From Patescibacteria group bacterium (lineage in GTDB: Bacteria > Patescibacteriota > Minisyncoccia > CAIUEV01 > JAHKAQ01), in NCBI GenBank assembly GCA_034716235.1, contig JAYEHH010000037.1:566-64565 (forward strand): a stretch of 64,000 nucleotides of DNA, read 5' to 3'. This document shows positions 30,581 to 40,104 of this stretch, one piece after another (within the stretch, counting starts at the first letter, position 1; every line of letters begins with the position of its first letter). The translations under genes were made by a program, and so were the position numbers. The notes beneath the pieces were generated by a model. The model saw nothing but the letters and a program-made list of their open reading frames with translations, was not told the DNA's origin and did no database searches.

Positions 30581-31852
30581 ATGTATAAGCTAAAGAAGAC
30601 AAAAGCCGGATTAGCCATTATTACTGCTCCCGTTAAAGGAATAAAAACTGTTACAGTAATGGCTTTATTTGGCGTAGGCTCAAAATATGAGAATCGAAAA
30701 AATAGAGGAGCGGCTCATTTTGTAGAGCACATGATGTTTAAGGGCACCGATAAAAGACCTAGCCCTAAAATTATTTCTGAAGATTTAGATAAAATTGGGG
30801 GAGAGTATAATGCTTTTACAGGTAAAGAATATACTGGATACTATGTTAAAGTAGATTCTGGTCATTTGGATTTAGCTCTAGATTGGATTTCAGATATTAT
30901 TCTTAATTCTCAGTTCAACAAAAAGGAAATGGACAAAGAAAGAAGAGTAATTTTAGAAGAAATGAATATGTGCCAAGACAATCCAATGCAATATGTGGAA
31001 GATATCTATGAAACTTTAATTTATGGAGATCAGCCAGCTGGTTGGGAAATATTGGGGACTAAAGGAATTGTCAATAATATCTCCAGAGCGAAATTAGTTG
31101 CCTTTAAACAAAAAAACTATGTGCAGTCTAATTGTGTCGTTTGTTTAAGTGGCCATTTCGGTAAAAATATAGAAAAACGAGTAGAAAAATATTTTTCTAA
31201 TTTACCCACTGGTAACCCAAATACCAAGTTGAAAGTCAAAGAAGCTCAGCAAGTTTTTCGTTCTAAGATGCAATATAAAAAGACCGATCAAAGCCATTGC
31301 ATTCTAGGTTTTCGAGCGACCGATTTATTTAACAAGGAACGCTATCCTTTAAGTCTAATAGCTACTATTCTTGGGCAAGGGATGAGCTCTCGTTTATTTC
31401 TTGAGATTAGGGAAAAAAGAGGATTAGCTTATTATATCAATGCCAGCTTAGAACTTTATACCGACTCGGGTTATTTAGCGGTTCAGGCAGGATTAGATAG
31501 TTCAAGGCTGGAAGAGGCAGTAAAAGCTATCTTAGGTGAATTTCATAAAATGACTCAAGAAAAAGTAGGAACAGATGAACTTAAAAAAGCTAAAGAGTAT
31601 TTAAGGGGTAGAAGTTCAATCTCTATGGAATCTTCAAATGCTCAGGCTCTTTATTATGGAAATCAACAAATTCTTAAGAAAAAAATTGAAACTTTAGAGG
31701 AGAAGTTTAAAATATTAGAGCAAGTTACTCCAGCTGATATTTTAAGAGTAGCCAAAAAGACTTTTTCTCCCAAGGCACTTAACTTGGCAGTTATTGGTCC
31801 ACGCAGGCAAAGCCAGAAAATGAAAAAAATTCTTCAAGAGTGGTATAAGTAA
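30581..31852 (+). CDS. M16 family zinc peptidase
   Basis: HxxEH (AHFVEHMMFKGT), NAFT, SSRLF.EIREKRGLAY. Confidence 0.93.
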   Translation: MYKLKKTKAGLAIITAPVKGIKTVTVMALFGVGSKYENRKNRGAAHFVEHMMFKGTDKRPSPKIISEDLDKIGGEYNAFTGKEYTGYYVKVDSGHLDLALDWISDIILNSQFNKKEMDKERRVILEEMNMCQDNPMQYVEDIYETLIYGDQPAGWEILGTKGIVNNISRAKLVAFKQKNYVQSNCVVCLSGHFGKNIEKRVEKYFSNLPTGNPNTKLKVKEAQQVFRSKMQYKKTDQSHCILGFRATDLFNKERYPLSLIATILGQGMSSRLFLEIREKRGLAYYINASLELYTDSGYLAVQAGLDSSRLEEAVKAILGEFHKMTQEKVGTDELKKAKEYLRGRSSISMESSNAQALYYGNQQILKKKIETLEEKFKILEQVTPADILRVAKKTFSPKALNLAVIGPRRQSQKMKKILQEWYK

Positions 31853-31860
31853 TCAAATCA

Positions 31861-32886
31861 ATGTCAAAAACTACTATTGATATTTCGGCAGGCACCATTT
31901 ACCGAACAATTTTTATTGTGCTGGTATTGATTTTTTTGTATTACGTAGCTGATATTCTATTACTTATTTTTATTTCTTTTATCATTGTTTCTACCCTTTC
32001 TCCTTTAGTTGATAAGCTGGAAATGAAAAAAATTCCTCGTTCTGTAAGTACAGTATGTATATATGCTGGTGCTCTTTTTGGATTTGGCTACTTGATTTCG
32101 TTAGCAGTACCGCCATTGATAAGTCAAAGCAGGGGATTGCTAGAACATCTGCCTCAATATTGGAGCAATATTACTGCTAGTTCTTGGGCTAGACATCTTT
32201 TTAATATTAACGAGGCGACTGATGTTTCCGATAGCCAAATATTTCAAATGATTGGAGAAAAGTTATCTTTCTCGCAAGGTTTTTTTTCTAAAGCAGGCTC
32301 TTTATTGATTCGTTTTGTTTATTTTGCAGTTATTTTTTCCTTGTCTTTCTACATGACAATCCAGAAAGATGCTTTGAAAAAGGGGATTAAAATGTTAGTG
32401 CCCCAAAAACATAAACGCTATGCAGTTTATTTAGCTGATAGAATTCAGGAGAAAATGGGACGCTGGTTGCAGGGGCAACTAATATTGAATGTCATTGTAG
32501 GCGGTTTGGTTTATTTAGCACTTTTCTTATTGGGAGTTCCCTATGCCTTAGTCTTAGCTTTAGTGGCTGGATTTTTAGAGTTTATTCCCAATATTGGTCC
32601 TATCATTGCAACTATTTTTGCAGCCGTAGTGGCTTTGACGGTTAGCCCTTTAGTGGCTATTCTAACAGTAGCTGTTTTTATAGTTATCCAACAGCTAGAG
32701 AATCATTTTATTGTTCCCCTGGTGATGAAAAAGGCGGTAGGGTTGAATCCGGTGGTAGTTATTGCGGTTATCTTAATAGGTTTTAAGCTAGGAGGACCAC
32801 TGGGAGCGTTAATGGCAGTTCCAATTACTACAGCCTTATCAGTTTTCATCAAAGACTTGCTTGATAGAGGTGGCAATAACGCCTAA
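31861..32886 (+). CDS. AI-2E family transporter
   Basis: FIPNIGP, QQLENHFIVP, GLNP. Confidence 0.88.
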   Translation: MSKTTIDISAGTIYRTIFIVLVLIFLYYVADILLLIFISFIIVSTLSPLVDKLEMKKIPRSVSTVCIYAGALFGFGYLISLAVPPLISQSRGLLEHLPQYWSNITASSWARHLFNINEATDVSDSQIFQMIGEKLSFSQGFFSKAGSLLIRFVYFAVIFSLSFYMTIQKDALKKGIKMLVPQKHKRYAVYLADRIQEKMGRWLQGQLILNVIVGGLVYLALFLLGVPYALVLALVAGFLEFIPNIGPIIATIFAAVVALTVSPLVAILTVAVFIVIQQLENHFIVPLVMKKAVGLNPVVVIAVILIGFKLGGPLGALMAVPITTALSVFIKDLLDRGGNNA

Positions 32887-32906
32887 CTATTTTATAATTA
32901 TTTTTT

Positions 32907-34331
32907 ATGAAATATTTTATCACTACTCCAATTTTTTATGCTAACGCTGAGCCGCATATTGCACATGCTTATACGGCAGTTATTGCTGATGTGTTGGCTC
33001 GTTTTCATCGTCAGCAAAAAGATGATGTCTTTTTTCTGGCTGGAATGGATGAACACGGAAATAAAGTTTTTAAAAAAGCAGAAGAAGCTGGCAAAACGCC
33101 TCAAGATTTCTGTGATGAAATTGCCGAAAAATTTGAGCAAACTTGGAAGAATTTAGACATTAGCTATGATAAATTTATTCGAACCACCAGCGAGGAGCAT
33201 AAAAAGGGAGCTCAGTTTATTTTGAATAAATTATATGCCAAAAAAGATATTTACCAAAAAGATTACACGGGTCTTTACTGTGAAGGTTGTGAGAAGTTTA
33301 TTACCAAGAAAGAGTTAGTTAACGGAGAATGTCCAGATCACAAGAAAAAGCCAATAGTAGTTAAAGAAAAGAATTATTTTTTCAAATTAGCAAGTTATTT
33401 ACCGGAGATAAAAAGAAAAATAGAGACTGGAGAATTATTAATAAAGCCCGAAAAGAGAAAGAACGAAGTGTTAAAGATGCTTGAACAAAAGCAGGAAGAT
33501 ATTTCAGTTTCTCGAGAATCTGTAAAATGGGGGATTGATGTGCCTTTTGATAAAAAACAAACAATTTATGTTTGGGTAGAGGCTTTAACTAACTACATTA
33601 CAGCTTTGGGCTATGGCGAGAAAGGGGAAAAAGCAGAACTTTTCCAAAGATATTGGCCCGCGGATCTTCATTTAGTTGGTAAAGATATTATTAAATTTCA
33701 TACTATTCACTGGCCGGCCATGCTTTTGGCGCTAGGTCTTCCTCTGCCAAAACAAATTTATGCCCATGGTTTTATTACTGTTTCTGGAGAAAAAATGAGT
33801 AAGACCATTGGTAATGTTATAAGCCCTAACGACTTGGTGAAAAGGTGGGGTAGTGATGCTGTGCGTTATTTACTCCTGTCTCAATTTCCGCTAGGAGAAG
33901 ACGGAGATGTTTCTTTGAAGAAAATGCAAGCTCGGTATGAAGCTGATTTGGCCAATGATTTAGGAAATTTACTTCAGCGAACCTTGGTGATGATGAAAAA
34001 ATATGAGGTTGAACCAGCCGTTGATAACCCTGCTGATACTTTTGATTTTAATGAAAATAAATTTACAGAACATTTAAATAAACTTGAAATTACTGAAGCT
34101 CTGGCAATGATTAGGCAGATTATTACCGATGGGAATAAATATATTGAAGAGAAAAAACCATGGGAATTGGCTAAAGATAATCTAAAAGAATGCCGACGAA
34201 TTTTAGAGGATTTACATTTTCGCTTAAAATTGGTGGGTTCTTTAATTCAGCCTTTTATGCCTAGGGTTTCTCAAGAAATGTTAAAGCAACTAAAAACAAT
34301 GGATCCAGAGCCGATGTTCAAGAAGGGCTAG
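32907..34331 (+). CDS. metG: Methionyl-tRNA synthetase
   Basis: ITTPIFYAN.EPHIAH, YVWVEAL, GKDI, KMSKT. Confidence 0.96.
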   Translation: MKYFITTPIFYANAEPHIAHAYTAVIADVLARFHRQQKDDVFFLAGMDEHGNKVFKKAEEAGKTPQDFCDEIAEKFEQTWKNLDISYDKFIRTTSEEHKKGAQFILNKLYAKKDIYQKDYTGLYCEGCEKFITKKELVNGECPDHKKKPIVVKEKNYFFKLASYLPEIKRKIETGELLIKPEKRKNEVLKMLEQKQEDISVSRESVKWGIDVPFDKKQTIYVWVEALTNYITALGYGEKGEKAELFQRYWPADLHLVGKDIIKFHTIHWPAMLLALGLPLPKQIYAHGFITVSGEKMSKTIGNVISPNDLVKRWGSDAVRYLLLSQFPLGEDGDVSLKKMQARYEADLANDLGNLLQRTLVMMKKYEVEPAVDNPADTFDFNENKFTEHLNKLEITEALAMIRQIITDGNKYIEEKKPWELAKDNLKECRRILEDLHFRLKLVGSLIQPFMPRVSQEMLKQLKTMDPEPMFKKG

Positions 34332-34332
34332 G

Positions 34333-34490
34333 AGTTTGTAAAGTTTAGGTAATGGATAATGGACGATGGAGAATTGACAATTGATAATGAATAATGCCAG
34401 CCTCTGGCTGGCGATTCCTTACCAAATTAGTTTCTCCTAAATTTGCTCGGGACCCCCGCCTACGCGGGGGTGACAAGTCACTTTTTAACT
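34333..34490. repeat. Repeat cluster: AAAGTT unit, heptamers, GCCAGC hairpin, half composite REP
   Basis: GGATAAT/TGACAAT units; CCTAAATTTGCTCGGGACCCCCGC-CTAC-GCGGGGGTGACA. Confidence 0.82.
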
Positions 34491-34497
34491 TATATTT

Positions 34498-35352
34498 ATG
34501 TCGTCTCCTAAAATTATTGATTCCCATGCTCATTTGAATTTTTCCGACTTTGATACAGATCGGGATGCTATTTTAGACGATACTTTAGATTCAGGAACAT
34601 GGGTCATAAATGTAGGATCTAATTTTGAAACCAGTAGAAAAGCGGTTGAAATCGCTCAACGGTATTCTCAAGGGGTTTATGCAGCGGTGGGGATTCATCC
34701 CATTCATGTTTTGGACGAAGGATCTAGTAGAGAGGCGATATTAGACTTGATCCAGAATAATGAAAATGTAGTAGCTATTGGAGAAATCGGGCTGGATTAT
34801 TTTCATCTAGAAAGCGAGAAAGGAAAATTAAAGGCGAATGAAGAAGATGCTCAATTTGTAGCAGTAGTCAAGAAAAAACAACAGACATTGCTTGCTCAAC
34901 AGCTGGAATTAGTAAGGGCTGTAAATTTACCGGTTATTTTTCATTGTCGCCATTATAAAAACTACGATGCTCATTATGATATGCTGAAAGTTATAGAGAA
35001 GTTTGCCACTTTGTATCAAAATTTTAAATTGCAAGGGGTGGTACATTGTTACACGGGCAATCTACAGTTAGCTGAAATTTATTTAAGGTTGGGGCTTTAT
35101 CTTGGCTTTACTGGAGTGATTACTTTTTCTGATGATTATAATGAGATTATCAAAAAAACTCCCCTAGAAAGAATCCTTATTGAAACTGATTCTCCCTATT
35201 TATCTCCTGAGCCAAAAAGAGGAAAAAGAAATGTACCCGAAAATGTTAAATATGTTGCTGAGAAAATTGCTAAAATAAAAGGGATTAAAGTCTCTGAAGT
35301 AAGGAGCCAAACAGTGAAAAATACAAAGGAACTGTTTGGGCTAGGTAATTGA
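34498..35352 (+). CDS. tatD: TatD family nuclease
   Basis: DSHAH, GIHP, GEIGLDY, HCR, HCY, ETDSPYL. Confidence 0.94.
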   Translation: MSSPKIIDSHAHLNFSDFDTDRDAILDDTLDSGTWVINVGSNFETSRKAVEIAQRYSQGVYAAVGIHPIHVLDEGSSREAILDLIQNNENVVAIGEIGLDYFHLESEKGKLKANEEDAQFVAVVKKKQQTLLAQQLELVRAVNLPVIFHCRHYKNYDAHYDMLKVIEKFATLYQNFKLQGVVHCYTGNLQLAEIYLRLGLYLGFTGVITFSDDYNEIIKKTPLERILIETDSPYLSPEPKRGKRNVPENVKYVAEKIAKIKGIKVSEVRSQTVKNTKELFGLGN

Positions 35353-35722
35353 CAATGGACAATTGACAATGGAGAATGCCAGCCAGAGGGTGACAATCTT
35401 TTTCCCACTGTCATTCCCGTCCCGTCATCCCAGCATTCGCGGGACAGGTCCGACGGGATAAATTCCAGCCCGCCTAAGCTCGCTAACTAATGTACCCATT
35501 ACAGTTTTGTGACACGGCGAGGCAAGCGGGAATCCCGAGCAAATTTAGGAAAGGCTAACACAACTTGTCATTCCCGCCTGCGCGGGAATGACAAATAAAA
35601 TTGTGAAGCGGGGGTGACAGTGGAGAAGCATTCCATAATTGTAAATTGCCAGCCAAAGGCTCGCATGGACACGGCGAGACTGGCTGGTTTGTCTCGCCGA
35701 AGGCTGGTCACCCTCTGGGTGA
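35348..35722. repeat. Large nested repeat cluster
   Basis: Heptamers, interrupted GTCATTCCCG..GCGGGAATC palindromes and GCCAGCC/GGCTGG hairpins; 35409-35535 is a near reverse complement of 44836-44962. Confidence 0.85.
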
Positions 35723-35819
35723 AAAATTATTTTCCCTTGTCCCCATACTTAAGAAATGATACGTTTATTGATAGAAAGCATGCTAATGGTCAGAGGTTAA
35801 TAGTTAGTAGTTGCGAAGC

Positions 35820-35903
35820 GCCGCGGTGGCGGAACTGGTAGACGCGCCAGCTTTAGGAGCTGGTGAGATTTATCTTGTGGGAGTTCAAATCTCCCCCGCG
35901 GCA
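35820..35903 (+). tRNA. tRNA-Leu (anticodon TAG)
   Basis: Acceptor stem GCCGCGG/CCGCGGC+A, D-loop TGGTAG, anticodon arm CCAGC-TTTAGGA-GCTGG, long variable arm, T arm GGGAG-TTCAAAT-CTCCC; CCA not encoded. Confidence 0.95.
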
Positions 35904-35907
35904 CCCT

Positions 35908-38900
35908 ATGTCTATTTTCAAAACTCACTATAAAAAACTAAATACTGGTCAGAAAAAAGCCGTTGACTCTCTTGAGGGACCAGTAATGGTAGCCGCTGGT
36001 CCTGGAACCGGTAAAACGGAAGTTTTAGCTTTGCGAATTGTTAATCTTATTCGGCAGAAAAAAGCCAACCCAGAAGAAATTTTAGCGCTTACTTTTAGTA
36101 ATAGCGCTACGGTTTCTATGCGGAGGAGAGTAACGAAATTTTTAGGAGCTCAAGCTTATAATATTGGTATTAAAACTTTCCATAGTTTTTGTAATGATGT
36201 TATTAGTCAATATCCGGACAAATTTGTACTTCTTAAAGAATTGAGCCAGTTAAATGAATTGGAATCAATAAAAATTATTAAAACTATTTTACGCAGAGGA
36301 AAATTTAAACAGTTGAAACCTTTTTACAGCCCCTACTGCCACCAAAAAGAAATTATTAGTACCATAAGTCAGCTTAAACAGGAAGGGGTTTCACCAAAAG
36401 AATTGGAGAGTGCTCTAGAAACAATGGCTCAAGATTTAGAGGACACTAAAAAGATTAATCCTAGAACAGGCAAGCCTACCGGTAAATGGCAAACTCAATA
36501 CAAGCAATGGGAAAAATTAAATGATTTGTTAAAAATTTATCAAGAATATTTAGAGAAAACTCATCGGGAGGGTTGGTATGATTTTAGCGATATGATTACC
36601 TGGGTGACGGAGAAATTAAAAGAAGACCAGGAATTAAGAAATTATTATCGTGATCAGTTCAAATATATTTTGAGTGACGAATATCAGGATACGAATATCC
36701 CCCAAAGTGAAGTTATTGAAATTTTAGGCAAACCTCAAAAAAATCCTAATATTTTTATAGTAGGAGATGATGACCAGTCAATTTATCGTTTTCAAGGGGC
36801 TAGCCTGGATAATATTATTTCTTTTGAGAAAAAATATCCGACAGCCAAAATTATTCCTCTTAATATCAATTACCGTTCTCAACAAAAAGTGGTATCTCTC
36901 TCCAAGACTTTGATTGAAAAAAATGAAGAGAGGTTAGTGAATGTTACTCAGCAGGCTATTGATAAAAATATTCAATCATTTGCCGAGAAAGAGCAAGGGG
37001 GTCAAGTTTCGCTAGCCGAATTTTCCGAATCAGCGGTGGAAGATTATTTTATTGCTCAAAAAATTAAAGAATTGCATAAAAAGGGGATTCCTTTTAAGGA
37101 GATGGCTATTATTAACAGAACTAATCAAGATGTTTCTCAAATAGCCGATTATCTTATTAAGGCGGGTATCCCGGTAGAAATGTCTAGCACCGGCTCTATT
37201 CTTGATAAAAAAGAAACTAAGGAGATTATGAGCCTGTTAGCGGTAGCCGTTACTCCCCATAGTAACGCTATTATTTATGAGGCTATGAGTTTGGAGGTTT
37301 GGGAAATTGAACCGCGAGATTTTCTAGAATTTACCTATCAAGCCGGTAAAGAGAAAATTAACTACTTTGATTTTTTCAACCGATTAGAAAGTGAGTCAGA
37401 GAAAAAATCACTAGAAAATACAACTAAATGGCAAGACTTTAAAAAGATTAAATTTTTCTTTGAGACGGTTGCTCGTTGGCATCAGGAAAGTGTATCTACG
37501 CCGGCGATTTTAATGTTAGAAAAAGTTATCAATGATTCGGGGCTCATTAAAAGTTGTCTAGAAAAAAAAGATATTAGAAAACTTAATCGAATATTCTCGC
37601 TATTTTCTTTTGTGAAAGAAAATAATCGTAAGAATCCTTTTTTAAAGTTAAAGAGCGTAATAAATGATTTAGAAATAATGCGGGAAGACAGATTAACCAT
37701 TAAAGAAAAGGAGCTTTCTATGGCAGAGGATGATGTGCGAGTTATCACAGCTCACGCCGCTAAAGGTTTAGAATTTGAAGTAGTCTTTATTCCTCGGCTG
37801 TATCAAGGTAACTGGGACGGAAAAAGAAAAAACCAAGTTATCAAAATTCCTTGGAATCTTTTAACTAGACTCAAAAGAGAAGAAAACGAATCGGCAAAAA
37901 GTGATGATGAAAGAAGACTGTTTTTTGTAGCTCTTACCCGGGCTAAAAGTCAGCTATTTTTAAGCCGAGCCGATCGTTACGATTATTTGAATAGTTCTGG
38001 GGAGAAAACTCCTTCTAGGTTTCTAGCAGAAATTGACAGCCAGTTAGTAAAAAAGTGTTCTCCTGAAAAATACGAGGATGCGACCTTAGCAAGAATGAAA
38101 ATTGAACTTAAAAAAACACCAATTGTCAAAAAGGGGAATCGGTTAAAACAGGAAACCAGTTTCTTGCGTCAAAGAGTGGAGGACTTAGCTCTGAGTCCTA
38201 CCAGTTTAAACCTTTATCTAAATTGTCCTCGTCGGTATAAATACGAGAAATTATTGATGATTCCTAGCGCTAAAAATAAAGCGGCTTCTTTGGGAACGGC
38301 TATTCATGAGGCACTAGAGAAGTTTTTTCAAGATTTCCAAAAAGATAAAAAGGTCAATCAGGCTTCTTTGATTTCCTTTTTTAGAGAGGCTGTAGCAAAG
38401 GAAGTTTTGGCTAAAAGTGATTTGGAAGATATGCTTAGGGAGGGAGAAAGACTCTTGAATGATTATTATGCAGAATACAGTCAAGATTTTGTAAAACCGG
38501 TAGAGCTAGAAATGAGTTTCGGTAAGGTTTATTTATCGGGGGCATCAGCAACCAACAAGAAAAATGAGAAGGCGGTTTTATTGACCGGTAAAATAGATAA
38601 AATTGAAAAAATTAGCCAACAGGAAAAAACTGAAAAAGGCAAAATTCCGGTCAAAGTTATTGATTACAAAACAGGAATGCCTCAAACTAAAAATCAGATT
38701 TTAGGTAATACAAAAAACTCATCTGGAGATGTTTACCGACAAATGGTTTTCTATAAGCTACTCTCTCTTTTAGATAAAAAATTTCCTTATTCAGTGACAG
38801 AAGTTGAAGTTGATTTTATTAAATCTCAAAATGGACGCTTCAGAAGAGAAAGTTTTGAAATAACTAAAGAAGAAACAGATAAATTACAAAAACAAATTAA

Positions 38901-39006
38901 CGAAGTAGTCAGAAAAATAAAAAATTTAGAATTTGGACCAACTAAAGATACCAGGAATTGCCAGCGTTGCGATTTGAAGGATCTTTGTTCCTTGGTTGAA
39001 GAATAG
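35908..39006 (+). CDS. UvrD/PcrA-like SF1A helicase fused to a C-terminal PD-(D/E)XK nuclease (AddA/AdnAB-like)
   Basis: AGPGTGKT, DEYQD, GDDDQSIYRF, HAAKGLEF, ALTRA; SPTSL..Y..CP, GKIDKI, IDYKTG, CxxC....C; ATG at 35908 lies outside the tRNA. Confidence 0.9.
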   Translation: MSIFKTHYKKLNTGQKKAVDSLEGPVMVAAGPGTGKTEVLALRIVNLIRQKKANPEEILALTFSNSATVSMRRRVTKFLGAQAYNIGIKTFHSFCNDVISQYPDKFVLLKELSQLNELESIKIIKTILRRGKFKQLKPFYSPYCHQKEIISTISQLKQEGVSPKELESALETMAQDLEDTKKINPRTGKPTGKWQTQYKQWEKLNDLLKIYQEYLEKTHREGWYDFSDMITWVTEKLKEDQELRNYYRDQFKYILSDEYQDTNIPQSEVIEILGKPQKNPNIFIVGDDDQSIYRFQGASLDNIISFEKKYPTAKIIPLNINYRSQQKVVSLSKTLIEKNEERLVNVTQQAIDKNIQSFAEKEQGGQVSLAEFSESAVEDYFIAQKIKELHKKGIPFKEMAIINRTNQDVSQIADYLIKAGIPVEMSSTGSILDKKETKEIMSLLAVAVTPHSNAIIYEAMSLEVWEIEPRDFLEFTYQAGKEKINYFDFFNRLESESEKKSLENTTKWQDFKKIKFFFETVARWHQESVSTPAILMLEKVINDSGLIKSCLEKKDIRKLNRIFSLFSFVKENNRKNPFLKLKSVINDLEIMREDRLTIKEKELSMAEDDVRVITAHAAKGLEFEVVFIPRLYQGNWDGKRKNQVIKIPWNLLTRLKREENESAKSDDERRLFFVALTRAKSQLFLSRADRYDYLNSSGEKTPSRFLAEIDSQLVKKCSPEKYEDATLARMKIELKKTPIVKKGNRLKQETSFLRQRVEDLALSPTSLNLYLNCPRRYKYEKLLMIPSAKNKAASLGTAIHEALEKFFQDFQKDKKVNQASLISFFREAVAKEVLAKSDLEDMLREGERLLNDYYAEYSQDFVKPVELEMSFGKVYLSGASATNKKNEKAVLLTGKIDKIEKISQQEKTEKGKIPVKVIDYKTGMPQTKNQILGNTKNSSGDVYRQMVFYKLLSLLDKKFPYSVTEVEVDFIKSQNGRFRRESFEITKEETDKLQKQINEVVRKIKNLEFGPTKDTRNCQRCDLKDLCSLVEE

Positions 39007-39087
39007 ATTTGTCTAAATTTGCTCGGGATTGTCATCCAAGGGGTGACCAGCCCGGCACATTTAAGAAATGTTTAATTTTGTTTGGTT

Positions 39088-39222
39088 GTAGAGACGCAAG
39101 ATTTTGCGTCTCTACGGAAAATAATCACAATCGTAATAAATTTGGACCACAATCTAAAAATTGTCTCACGTTAGGTAGACGCGGAGATAACAAATAGAGA
39201 CAGGTTTTAAACCTGTCTCTAC
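39088..39222 (+). pseudogene. REP-associated tyrosine transposase (RAYT) remnant between two GTAG-type REP hairpins
   Basis: GTAGAGACGCAA-GATT-TTGCGTCTCTAC and TAGAGACAGGT-TTTAA-ACCTGTCTCTAC flank a stretch encoding NKFGPQSKN. Confidence 0.6.
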
Positions 39223-39327
39223 AAATTTAAAATTTCTTTCATCTTCCTTTAATTTATTTTTTCAGGTCTTTTAATAATCTATTCTCTATACTGAATTAGA
39301 ATAATTTTGAAGAACGGAGGTGATAAA

Positions 39328-40005
39328 ATGAGCAATAGAAAATTTTCAGCTAATTCTTTTGAAGCTTCCAATGGTAACCTTGCCTTTCTGGGAAGCCGAA
39401 AAAGAAAAATTGTCTTAGCCACTTTAATTTTATTGGTGCTTGCTTTTGCCTTAAGTGTTCGTTCTTATTTTTCTGCCGATAAAGGCATTCTTGGAAATAA
39501 TGTGGCTATGGCTACCTTGGATTTAGAAATAACTGAAGAAGATGGTTCAGCATTAACCCCTTTTGATTTTGGAGATATTTATCCAGGTTGGAATCATGAA
39601 ATGCGGGGGAAAATTAAAAATGTCGGTTCGGCGGATTTGATTTTTAGAACACAGGTACAGGGTGGTACTGCCGATTTTGAAAGTCTAGCCAGGACCATTC
39701 TTTATGATTTGCAAATAAAAAATGAGTTTGGAGTGATGGTTTATTCTCAAAATGGCTATTTGGATAATCTAGGATCAGATAATTGTCTTATGAACATTGC
39801 TATTAATCCGAACGATTCTTTTGTTTATTCTCTTAGCTTAAACATCCCGGTTGATATGGATGATCATACCACTCCCGAAAATGACGACGACAACCAGTAT
39901 CAGGGGAAGAATGCTCAATTTGATTTTGTGATTCAATCCACTCAAGCAAATAATACGAGCTGGACCGGACTTTTGACAGGTTTTAATTTCCCTCATCAAG
40001 CCTAA
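39328..40005 (+). CDS. TasA/camelysin-like secreted protein with SipW-type signal peptide
   Basis: TM then SYFS.....NN...ATLDL, DIYPG, IKNVGS, DNQYQG; GGAGGTG SD. Confidence 0.65.
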   Translation: MSNRKFSANSFEASNGNLAFLGSRKRKIVLATLILLVLAFALSVRSYFSADKGILGNNVAMATLDLEITEEDGSALTPFDFGDIYPGWNHEMRGKIKNVGSADLIFRTQVQGGTADFESLARTILYDLQIKNEFGVMVYSQNGYLDNLGSDNCLMNIAINPNDSFVYSLSLNIPVDMDDHTTPENDDDNQYQGKNAQFDFVIQSTQANNTSWTGLLTGFNFPHQA

Positions 40006-40104
40006 AAGTTATGAAGTCCAGAAATTTAAGTCATTAGGCTTAACAAGTTTGAAGTGGCAATAATTAGGTGGTAGTAACTAGGAATTAATTAATTAGTAAA
40101 TTTA

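Noticed and set aside
35863-35907. N-terminal extension of the helicase in the ORF track
   Set aside because: It overlaps tRNA-Leu; ATG 35908 is the plausible start.
38180-39006. Cas4-like nuclease suggesting CRISPR adaptation
   Set aside because: It is the C-terminal PD-(D/E)XK Fe-S domain of a UvrD fusion (AddA/AdnAB-like repair enzyme), with no cas context.
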